From: the human T2T-CHM13v2.0 reference genome, Homo sapiens
DNA: 64,000 nucleotides
Assembly: GCF_009914755.1 (NCBI RefSeq)
Contig: NC_060928.1
Reading direction: 5' to 3' (one strand)
Shown piece by piece: positions 1 through 18,065 of the stretch. Made by a program: the position numbers and the translations under genes. A model generated the notes under the pieces. That model saw nothing but the letters and a program-made list of their open reading frames with translations, had not been told where the DNA came from and made no database searches. Within the stretch, counting starts at the first letter, position 1. Each line of letters begins with the position of its first letter.

Positions 1-490
1 GTTTTTTATTGCTGTGAAAATTTAACGCAGAGTCAGTGGCTTAAATTCACATGGAGTGTGTTATCTTATAGTTCTGCAGGTCAAAAGTCTGGTACAGGTC
101 CTAATGGGCTAAAATCAGGGTTTCAGCAGGCTTGTGTTGCTTTCTGGAGTCGCTATAAGAGAATCCATCCATTCACTGGCCTTTTCCAGCTTCTAGACCA
201 AGCTCGCATTCTTCAGCTCCTAGCCATTTTCTCCAACTTCCAAGTAAGTAAAAGTGCATTAAGTCTATCTCACATCACATCACCTTGACCTTCTCTTCAG
301 CTTTCCTCTTTCACTTTTAAGACCCTTGTGATTACATTGGGCCTACCTGGATAATATAAGATATTCTTTTCATTGAAAAAAAAAAGCAGATTAGCAACTA
401 TAATTCCATGTAGAACCCTAATTTCCCTCTGCCAGATAACAGGGATTAGGATGTGGATGTCTTTTGGAGACTGTTGGTCAGCTTCCCACA
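1..490 (-). mobile_element. MaLR LTR, MLT1C/D-like
   Basis: Typical MLT1 antisense blocks: 'ttatcttatagttctgcaggtcaaaagtctg', 'aagacccttgtgattacattgggcctacctggataat', 'ggattaggatgtggatgtcttttgg'. Confidence 0.75.
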
Positions 491-792
491 TTTATGTATC
501 TCTTCAAGAGTGTTGCCTCAACTCCATCAGTTTCAATCCATTCAACATAATATCTAACATTCATTGAGTGCTACCATATGCTAATCAGTGTGCCAAACAT
601 GTTATGAATTTAGTAACCATATAGAAAATGTGTGTGAGGAGGGAGAGTGGAAAGGGATTTCAGCTTGATTTTTATTCGTCTGAAACTTCCCACTCCTATT
701 TCATCTCCGCATGCAGTTCACTCCGTTTCCCTTCCTGCCTTCAGGGTTTTTGGCCAAAAGAAAATAATGTTCTTCTTAGAAACAATCTATGA

Positions 793-1213
<421 letters not shown>

Positions 1214-3288
1214 TAATCTGTTTTTTAAAGAGTAGTTTGCTCTATAATTTGATTTTAAAAAAGGTTTTCATACTCTAGAATTTAATTTGAATACCTTCAT
1301 AGGATTGAACTGTGTGGCTGCAGGACCATGCTTTTTTATGGTGTTTTCTATTTCTGTTTCCAGGTAAAACTTTATTATTATTATTAATGTTGTTTGGTTT
1401 AAAATATCATTATGACCATAATCTGAAAGAAAAAAGGGAGAAAAAGTTGGAAGAAGTGGGAATCTAACCTTATAGCAAGACGTAGATGTTAAATACATTT
1501 TTTTCATTATTCTTCCCTTAACTCCTTTCTTTAGTTTCCTTTCTTACCCTCTTTTTTTCCTTTTTTTATTTCTTCCCTCTTTCCTTCCTTAATCAAAACA
1601 TTATCAAAGCCCTCTTATATTCAGAGCTTTTAAAATTCTACCCTTCTGTTTTGAGAAACTTGTAAAAATAAGAACATTTTGTTTAGAAAAGTTCTTAATA
1701 AAATAGTAAACTAAACAAAGAGGTCTAGAAATATTTTTCTACATGTTCAGATTATGGTCATGATGGTATTTAAATTAAAACAGCATGCACAAATTCTATT
1801 CCAGTTCAAAGACATAGGAAATAAATATTTTATGTAAAAAATATTAAATTTTAAAAATGGATATTTACGGTCTATTACATAAAATTTGAATTTAATGGAA
1901 GAATTGAAAAACAAGGACTAAATCAAAGTAAAAGCTTTTTACCATTTTTCCTGGCAGTAAAATGTCTTTGTCATAAAGTAATCAGAGTCTTGAAATTCTT
2001 TCCATTTTCTGAGATCAAGCATTCCATTTAAGCACAGACTTCTTTCTCCTAAGGCTGTTAATTATTACCAAGAATAAAGAAGTTATCTACAAATCAGAGA
2101 TGCACATTGGCACAGAGGACAAAATTTTACATCAATAAATTAGATATGAAGCAAGTAACAATGACTTAATATTTATTTATTTTTCAAACCAAATAGAATT
2201 GGTATTATAAAACAAAAGGTCAGTTTTTTATAACAACCAATACAGTACCAGACATTAAGAAGACTTTCATTTGATTTGATGTGTAGGTATTATTTCATTC
2301 TGTTGTACAGCAATTGCAAAATCTATTTATTTCTGGAGTTGCCCTGTACTTACCCTCCAATCACAATGCAGAGAACCCCAATGCTTGGTTAATCACTCAT
2401 GACTCCCCAGAGGCCAACTTTCAGTGGTACTAAGTGCTGCTTGCTTGTAATGCCCCACTTTCTGTGATTTCTCTCCCTCCCACCGTCTTTTCCCACAAAC
2501 ATTTCTTGCTTACCTGATCCACATCAGGAGCTACATGCTGAGGATTCAAATGTAATAAGGCTGTAAGAAGACTGGGCTCTTTCCCCCACAGAGTTCAGTC
2601 AAATGGAGAGAGAGAGACTTACAAAGTGGTAAGTGGTTTCCTACAATGTCTTTCCAACTTTTTTGAACACTCTCCATAAAAAATAAAAATAAAAATAAAA
2701 CATTGTTTCAATATTGTAGATACCTGCATCAGGATAAAAAATAATTCATAAAGCATTATTTACTATTGTTATGCATGATATGATATCCTCTATTTTATTT
2801 TTTCTATCTCTTTTCTTCAAGCTAACCAAAACTTAGGAAATTGTTTTAATGGCCCACAATGTTACAACTCAACATTAGAGAAATATGGCTCCAGAAGATG
2901 TATGAAGACAAACAATTCCAAAAGACAGAGATACAGTATATTGTATTTACCATGGCAACCCCAAATGTTTAGCAAACTCTGTAGCATAGATTAGCTATCC
3001 AACATCCACTAGTTGAATGGATGAATGGATGAATGGATGGTTGGAATAAATGTTTTAATCACTCCGAAACTCTTTACAGGTCATCAGGAAAAGTTTTACT
3101 ACAGAGGGAAGACTTGGGTAAGATGTGAAAGATTAGCTGTATTTTTCAGAGAAAACTATTACCTAACTGCCTATAATGGTGGAGGTATGAGAAAGCATGG
3201 AATGTTTGAGATGTAACAAGTAAATCAGAATGACTACTATTTTCCAAGGTGACGAACTCATTCAGCCCTTTAGCTTTAAAAAGCTTTA

Positions 3289-3598
<310 letters not shown>

Positions 3599-3609
3599 TA
3601 AATTTTATC

Positions 3610-4900
3610 CATATCCTGATGATGCCAAATTTATTGATTTAGTCCTCACCTCGCCCTGAGCACCAAACATTTATTTTTAATTATCTTCTTAAACTCTCCA
3701 CTTGGATATCCAATGGGCATGCCAAACTTAACATTTTCCAAGCAAAGACCCTTTATTTCCTACTTTTCCCAACTTATTTCCCTCCCACCTGATATTTCCC
3801 ATCTTAGTTAATGGAATTGACATCTACACATTCAGTGAGCAAAAATTAAGTCTTCATTAATAGTCTAATTTCATAATCTATTCTTTTCATTGATCAATAA
3901 ATCTGTTATCTTTACCTTCAAGATACATATGAATTTAACAAATTCTCATAAGCTTACCTATTACCATTTAGTCCAAATCATGACCATCTTTTGCCTGAAT
4001 GACTGCACTTGTGCTTTAACCGACCTTTCTGTTTTCATTTTTGTAAGCAAACCCCCTTCAAACAAACACACAAACTATCTCCTACATAGTGGCGAGAGGG
4101 ATCTTTTTCAAGGGTAAATTACATCTTATCTTCCTTGCTTGCTACTTTGCATTAGCTTCCCATTACATTTAGAAGAAATGAAAATACTTATTTAGTCTGA
4201 TAAATTCCTACATATAGTGTAGAATGATGATTACAACCATAGATTCTAAAGTCAGACTGCCCGTGGTAGTGACAGATTTAATCATTTACCAGCTGTAAGT
4301 TTTACTATGTGATCTTAGGCAAGCCATTAGTTTTCTCTTTGCTCCATGTGCTCACTTGCAAAATAGTGGTTAATAATAGTTCCTTTGACACACAGATATT
4401 GTTAAGATAAAACCAGTAAATGCTTGTTTGAAATAGTGTTTGGCATATTGTATATTTATTATTATTACTGTTATTGTTCTTCTTGCTAATAGAAAAGTTA
4501 TTGTTATACACTACCTGGCCCTATTGACTTTTCAATTTTACCTTAAACCAACTCTCTCCACGCACCCCTGACTATGTTCCAGCCACTCTGAAGGTTTTAT
4601 TGTTTTGAAGGTCTTTCCACATGTTGTTCTCTTTTCTTAGACTTTGCTTATCCCAGCTATTTGTATCGATGAATTACTTCAAGTCTGAGTTCAGATATCA
4701 CTTCCTCTGGAAGATCCAGCCTACCTAACATAGGGCTTATTCCATCTCTACACTTTAGTCACTGTACTTCGTATCATCTTTCATTTTCTTCAGAACATAT
4801 TACCATATTTATTATTTTATTGAATTGGTGTTTGTTGTGTTTTGTTTTGCTGCTGCTGTTTATTATTCATCTCTGACCATGGAAATGTAAGTTCCTCTAA
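3610..4900 (+). mobile_element. L2 (LINE-2) relic interrupted by a MIR at ~4215-4470
   Basis: L2-like 'ctctccacttggatatccaatgggcatgccaaacttaacat' and 'ctatgttccagccactctg'. MIR core 'tgtgatcttaggcaagccattagttttctct'. Confidence 0.6.
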
Positions 4901-5635
4901 CAAAAAATGCAACAGGTGTTCAGAAAGAATCTGAAAAATGACTATCTATGTGTATATATATGTATGTATAATTTATATCTTATATATGTATATATACACA
5001 TTTGCATATATACATATTATATATATGTTCCACATTCATTTTAAGTAATGAGAGAGAGTGGTAAGAACCATGGCTACACAGGTTTATGGCTTTTGAAAAT
5101 AGATTTTGTTGCATTCTTTGTCTTGGGATACCACTGAAGGAATTAAAGTACTAATGAACCTTAATAACCTAATCAGACTTTCCAGTTTCTTTTTTCCTGC
5201 TTGTTCATTTATTGGAGTTTGGCTAGGTTTCATCAGGGTGAGAGAGGTGAAGAGGAGAATTAAATAAACCAAGAGAGGCTGGATTACACTATTTAAGAAA
5301 AATATAGAAGGAGGTGATGAGGCAGACAGGAGCAAGTGGGAGCCTCCTTTCCTTGAAAAATACAAAGACATGAGATCATGAAGCTGGGCCTTAGAAGATG
5401 TGTCATTTTTGATCTTTCTTTTTTTATTATTATTGTACTTTACGTTCTAGGGTACATGTGCACAACATGCAGGTTTGTTACATATGTATACATGTGTCAT
5501 GTTGGTTTGCTGTACCCGTTAACTCATCATGTACATTAGGCATATCTCCTAATGCTATCCCTCCCCCATCCCCTCACCCCATGACAGGCCCCGGTGTGTG
5601 ATGTTTCCTACCCTGTGTCCAAGCGTTCTCATTGT

Positions 5636-9455
<3,820 letters not shown>

Positions 9456-9518
9456 TATGATGTTAGCTGGTTATTTTGCTCGTTAGTTGATGCAGTTTCT
9501 TCCTAGCATTGATGGTCT

Positions 9519-10542
9519 TTACAATTTGGCATGTTTTTGCAGTGGCTGGTACCGGTTGTTCCTTTCCATGTTTACTGCTTCCTTCAGGAGCTCTTGTAAG
9601 GCAGGCCTGGTGGTGACAAAATCTCTCAGCATTTGCTTGTCTGTAAAGTATTTTATTTCTCCTTCAATTATGAAGCTTAGTTTGTCTGGATATGAAATTT
9701 TGGGTTGAAAAATTCGTTTCTTTAAGAATATTGAATATTTGCCCCCACTCTCTCCTGGTTTGTAGAGTTTCTGCCAAGAGATCCGCTGTTAATCTGATGG
9801 GCTTCCCTTTGTGGGTAACCCGACTTTCTCTCTGGCTGCCCTTAATATTTTTTCCTTCATTTCAACCTTGGTGAATCTGACAATTATGTGTCTTGGAGTT
9901 GCTGTTCTCGAGGAGTATCTTTGTGGTGTTCTCTGTGTTTCCTGAATTTGAATGTTGGCCTTCCTTGCTAGGTTGGGGAAGTTCTCCTGGATAATATCCT
10001 GAAGAGTGTTTTCCAGCTTGGTTCCTTTCTCCCCAACACTTTCAGGTACACCAATCAGACATAGATTTGGTCTTTTCACATAGTCCCATATTTCTTGGAG
10101 GCTTTGCTCGTTTCTTTTTACTCTTTTTTCTCTAAACTTCTCTTCTCACTTCATTTCATTCATTTGATCTTCAATCACTGATACCCTTTCTTCCACTTGA
10201 TCGAATTGGTTGCTGAAGCTTGTGCATGCGTCACGTAGTTCTCGTGCCATGGTTTTCAGCTCCATCAGGTCATTTAAGGTCTTCTCTATGCTTTTATTCT
10301 AGTTAGCTATTCGTCCAACCTTTTTTCAAGGTTTTTAGCTTCTTTGTGATGGGTTCAAACATCCTCCTTTAGCTCGGAGAAGGTTGTTATTACCAATCAT
10401 CTGAAGCCTTCTTCTCTCAACTTGTCAAAGTCATTCTCCATCCAGCTTTGTTCCATTGCTGGCGAGGAGTTGTGTTCCTCTGGAGGAGAAGAGGCGCTCT
10501 GATTTTTGGATTTTCAGCTTTTCTGCTCTGGTTTCTCCCCAT
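9519..10542 (-). pseudogene. L1 ORF1 (RNA-binding protein), disrupted
   Basis: ATG at 10542, KRPNLCLIGVPE...QENFPNLA..., TAA at 9521-9519. Frameshifted. Confidence 0.93.
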
Positions 10543-11118
10543 CTTTGTGGTTTTATCTACCTTTGATCTTTGATGATGGAGACATACAGATGGGGTTTTA
10601 GTGTGGATGTCCTTTCTGTTTGATAGTTTTCCTTCTGACAGTCAGGACCCTCAGCTGCAGGTCTGTTGGAGTTTGCCGGAGGTCCACTCCATCCCCTGTT
10701 TTGCCTGGGTATCACCAGGGGAGGCTGCAGAACAGCAAATATTGCAGAATGGCAAATGTTGCTGCCTGATCCTTCCTCTGGAAGCTTCGTTTCAGAGGGT
10801 CATCTGGCTGTATGAGGTGCCGGTAGGCCCCTACTGGGAGGTTTCTCCCAGTTAGGCTACTCAGGGGTCAGGGACCCACTTAAGGAGGCAGTCTGTCCGT
10901 TCTCAGATCTCAAACTCTGTGCTGGGAGAACCGCTACTCTCTTCAAAGCTGTCAGACAGGGATGTTTAAGTCTGCAGAAGTTTGTGCTGCCTTTTGTTCA
11001 GGTGTGCCCTGCCCCCAGAGATGGAGTCTACAGAGGCAGGCAGGGCTCTTTGAGCTGCGGTGGGCTCCACCCAGTTCGAGCTTCCTGGCCACTTTGTTTA
11101 CCTACTCAAGCCTCAGCA

Positions 11119-11382
11119 ATGGTAGGCGCCCCTCCCCCAGCCTGGCTGCCACCTTGCAGTTCGATCTCAGACTGCTGTGCTAGCAGTGAGTGAGGCTCTG
11201 TGGGTGTGGGACCCTCCGAGCCATGCGCAGGATATAATTTCCTGGTGTGCTGTTTGCTAAGACAATTGGAAAAGTGCAGTATTAGGGTGGGAGTGTACCA
11301 ATTTTCCAGGTACCATCTGTCACAGCTTCCCTTGACTAGGAAAGGGAATTCCCCCACCACTTGCACTTCTTGGGTGAGGTGA
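11119..11382 (+). pseudogene. L1 antisense ORF0 remnant with premature stop
   Basis: MVGAPPPAWLPPCSSISDCCASSE*, then VGVGPSEP...IRVGV..FSR in the same frame, matching primate L1 ORF0. TGA at 11191-11193. Confidence 0.8.
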
Positions 11383-14300
11383 TGCCCCGCCCTGCTCTGT
11401 GGGCTGCACCCACTGTCCAACAAGCCCCAGTGAGATGAACCCAGTATCTCAGTTGGAAATACAGAAATCATCTGTCTTCTGCATCACTCATGCTAGGAGC
11501 TATAGATTGGAGCTGTTCCTATTTGGCCATCTTGGAACTTCCTCCAGACTTTCAAGTTTTAAAGACAATTCTGGAAGCAGAGTTAAGGATGGTTTGGAAT
11601 GGATAAGATTGAAGAATGTTTTATCAGTTATAAGTTTTTTGAAAAAAAATTTGAGAAAAGTGTCTAAACTACAGAAATGGTAGTAAAGATAAAATCAAGA
11701 ACAAGTATAAGAGATACTTAAGTGTAATTGCTGAATTCTCATCCTCAATTGCCAATAAGTACAAATGTGTGACATTTATGATAATATTTCAAATCTGAAT
11801 GCTTCATAACCTCTGTGCTGACTCATTAAATACTATTCCCAAATATACCTTACTCAAACCCAGAGGTTCAATAAGAGTGCATATGGCAATTAAACATGTA
11901 AATTGACTGCAACATGGTAATTTTCCTTTTAAGAATCAAAGGTGAGGGCATATCAATTAAACCAAAGCTTCTATCTTTTACTGTCATTTTTTATCAGCAT
12001 CATTGAACACTATTGTTCTACTCAGTCTACACTCTGCCTTCTGTAAGAAGTGAAAAGGTCAATCAAGCAAGGAATATGTTGAGCACATTTCACATTATAA
12101 ATGTGACCATGATTCTTTGACACCCTCTGGCCTTGCCTCTCAGTATAGCACACATTGCACAAATTCTAACTTATTTATCATGATTTATTTTACAGATCCT
12201 CTTATTTATCTCTTCAATTCAACTTTCACTGTCCCCCTCCCCATCATCTATCAAACAACTCTGAAATTCATAGTGGACCATGTTCAAATTATTTTTCATT
12301 AGACTTTTCGTCCCAAACACGTTATGGAATGGGCTCAGCTTGTGTTTTACCATTCGTGTCAATGAATAAGATACAAAATGTAAAAAGCTGGTAGGTCCAG
12401 AATACCTTGAGAATCTTTAAGGAAGACAATGTTGCCTAACTCGTTATGTTGGTCTCTCAGAGTCTCAGTGTAGGCGCTGTCAAAGTACCACTAAACTGGA
12501 TTTTAAAAGTTGGTGCTGGATTCCCATATTTTTGGCTTAAGTGATTGGATGGAGGGTAGAATCATTCACAAAGAGGTAATAAAGGCACAGATTTTTAGAA
12601 GATTTTTTAAACATTTACTCTCCAGAAGACTTAAGATTTCTCTGTAGAAATACATATCTCATCTTTTCAAAATAGATTTACAAACATGTGATTTGTCATT
12701 TACAAAATCCCTATGATGTGGGCTTCAAAGCTGTTACATATCATTCCTACTTTGTAGGGGAAAATCAACGCAAACTAAATGTCAACATTTTTAAGTGTAC
12801 ACTTACAGTTAGAAACCAGGAGTTTTGCCTTGTACTGTAGGTTTTTTTTTTTTTTTTTTTTTTTTTGCTTCTACTATATCATGCTGGCCACATTTAATCT
12901 CACATACCTAACTTTCACATTTTCCTCATTTACTTTCTAAACAATAGAACTTCTGATTGTCCTCTATCATGACTTTTTTTCAACAAGAAGGCAGTGTATG
13001 CAGGGTTAAGAGAATAATAGGTAAAGTGCAAGAAGAACAGAAGTGAAAGATACTCAGCCCCACAGACTGCATGAACTCTTCACGCTCTGTCTCTTGGTCT
13101 CATGAAATACTGTAAAATATCCATTATTTTTAATCCTATAAGTTCTACTTTTTTGTCTCTATACTCATAATGTCTTTACTACAATTTCCTTATAATAATG
13201 GATAATGCAGTGAGATCTTAACAGTTCTATATTTATTTTTGGCACTATTGATATTCAGACAAAATCCCAATCATAGGTCATAAGAGGAAATAAAAAAGGT
13301 TCATGAACTTTATTTCATGAGACATATATTTAGATGCAGACATTTTCTGTGTAATCTCTTAATATAGATTTGGAAAGAATACCTGTAAGGCCACCATATG
13401 TCTCTCGCCTTCCTCTGGCAGTCACTGCTTCAGGGATGATCTCACTCTTAGCAGTTCCTGGAAACCATCAAATGCAAAACCTGGCAGAGAAAGAGACAGT
13501 GCACTCATACCTTATAGAACAGGGGAAACAGCTTAGAAGAGTTGAATACTAGTTCATCCCAATGCCTAGACTAGTAAAATTAAGTTATGGTTAGCAAAAA
13601 CTGTCTTTTTTTGAAAGCTATTGCCAAAACATCTGGAAACTTAATAGAAGTTCCAGAAGGCTTTGACCAAATGTAGCCCTTTGTAGCTACAAAAAGTCTA
13701 TCATGAGCCTTTATAAATGATATATTAGGCTGACGCTTAGCAGTGAAAAGTTAGGATTGGTTGTGAAGGAGCCTTGCTCCTTTGTGGAGGTGCACATTTC
13801 ACTCCGCAATATCTGACTGCCGCTTCCTCCCTGAAGCTTCAGATAATAAAGAGTCCATTGTATACCTTGTGACCAAATTTAAAACAAAATAAAACAAAAC
13901 AAACATGCATATGTTCAAGCTCATCAAAAAGCATAAACACGTGCAATTTTTCTATATCAATTATGCCTCAATAATATTAAAAAACAAAAATATTCTCACA
14001 TTTGCATTTCATATTTTACCACCTAGAGCCTCATGGGTATCTTTAAATTTTGTCCACTGAATATTATGTATATATCTTCTTTTTAGAATGGTTAATTATC
14101 AATTCTTAACTTGTTTAATAAATAAATAAATACTAAAATATAATGCTAAAACCATTGTAAATCTTTGTAGAATGTAATGCTGGAGTTCAAAAGTTGAATC
14201 AATCAACTGACCTTGAAGTCATGTTTCTGATTCTCAAAACATGCATTTGATTATTATGAACCTCAAATTTCACAAGTTTGTATGTGAAAGAAATCAGATT

Positions 14301-14699
14301 TGCTTCTTCTCTAATAGAACACATTCTTGACTCAGTTCAGAGGTTGTAAGACTGGTTTTGCCGCCAGAAAAATAAGGGAAGAATTAATAATAAATATATT
14401 TTCACAAGAATTTATAATGTAAATTTTCTCAGTTGATAAAGTGTATTAAGTACTTATTGTGTGCTAGGCACGAAAGTTTATGTTATCCTCATTCTATTGA
14501 CAAGGAACTGGAGGCTTAGTATGAAAATTTCCCCAGGTTATTCTAAGAGTAAGTGGCAACACACAACCTACCACAGCTGTCTTTGGGAGTTGGAAGTAAG
14601 TCTTATGGAACATACCCACATAATCCTATACAGGTAATCCTGTACATCTTGTCATCTTTGCTTGATTCTTAAATTAGTATTTTTTACTTTAGCCATTCA

Positions 14700-16890
<2,191 letters not shown>

Positions 16891-16897
16891 CACATTT

Positions 16898-16995
16898 TGT
16901 GAAATCATTGAGTTTTCTATTGTGAAATCATAGAGTTTTGTGAAATCATAGAGTTTCACATGAGTTTTCTATATGAAATCATAGAGTTTTCTATT
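16898..16995. repeat. Irregular tandem repeat of tgtgaaatcatagagttt(tctat)
   Basis: Four near-complete copies (16898, 16921, 16939, 16972) and one partial copy. Confidence 0.85.
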
Positions 16996-17139
16996 TCTTG
17001 ACAATGGGAGGGTGATTCTGGTCTTCACAGGTTTGTCATGAATGAAGCACATCCTGCATCATTTCTGTCAGAGGTGGTGGAGGGCACACAGACTCTGGAG
17101 AGAAATGGCATACATTACCATTTCAGATCCACAGAACAG

Positions 17140-17888
17140 TGTAATCACCCAAGGGTTCATATCGCCTGCTGCCCTGAAAAGCCACCGTACTGAGAACAGG
17201 TTTTTGCAATGGAGAAAGGGTTTAATAAATGCAGAGCCAACTAAGCAGAAGGACAGGAGTTTATTATTACTCACTCAAATCAGCCCCTCTGAAAATTCAG
17301 AGGCTAGGGATTTTTTGAGGACAGTTTGGCAGGCAGAAGGCTACAGAATGGGGAGTGCTGATTGGTTGGGTTGGGGGTGAAATCATAGGGAGTTGAAGCT
17401 GTCCTCTTTCAGAGTCAGCTCCTAGATGGGGACCACAAGACCAAATGAGCCAGTTCACTGGGCTGGGTGGCACCAGCAGATCCAACACAACACAGGGTCT
17501 GAAAAATACCTCGAACACCAGTCTTAGGATTTACAATAATGATGTATCCATAGGAGCAACTGGGGAGGTGAGGAATCTTGTGGCATCTGGCTACGTGGCT
17601 CCTGAGCCATAATTTCTAATCTGTGACTAATTTGTTCATTTTACAAAGGTGGTCTGGTCCCCCAAAAAGGAGGAGGTTTGTTTTGAGAAGAGGCCGTTAT
17701 CATCTTTGTTTCAAAGTTAAACATAAACTAAATTCCTCCCAAAATTAGCTTTGCCTATGCCCAGGAATGAACAAAGGCAGCTTGAGAGTTAGAAGCAAGA
17801 GAATCAGTTAGGTCACATTTCTTTTACTGTCACAATTTTCCTATGTCAGGTTTTTCTCACTTTCACAATATTTGCAAAAGCAATTTCA
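17140..17888 (-). mobile_element. ERV1 solo LTR, LTR8A/LTR8B-like, inserted into a MIR
   Basis: TG...CA ends. The minus strand reads tgaaattgcttttgcaaa...cttgcttctaactctcaagctgcctttgttcattcctgggcataggc...tttgggaggaatttagttta, as in the LTR8 family. Confidence 0.8.
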
Positions 17889-18065
17889 GTATTAATTCTG
17901 GGAGCTTAAGCAACATATTAACCTTCCTGTGCCTCAGTTTCTTCATCTGTAAAGTAAAGGTGGTAATAACAATAACTACTTCACGGATTTGTTGTTATGA
18001 TTAGAGGATTTATTATGCACCAAGCTCTTAGAAGAGTGGGTAGCATAGTAAGAACTATGTAATTG
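17889..18065 (+). mobile_element. MIR (3' part)
   Basis: MIR core 'ttaaccttcctgtgcctcagtttcttcatctgtaaagt...gtaataac'. Confidence 0.75.

Noticed and set aside
2514-2560. Possible 47-nt minus-strand exon with CAG|gtaagc donor
   Set aside because: The polypyrimidine tract is short, and such pairs are expected by chance in 64 kb.
2946-2959. RFX X-box-like tttaccatggcaac
   Set aside because: An isolated motif within a probable L2 relic, with no other support.
16898-16995. CRISPR-like appearance of the short repeat arrays (also 21205-21257)
   Set aside because: This is primate DNA, with no unique spacers of proper length and no cas genes.
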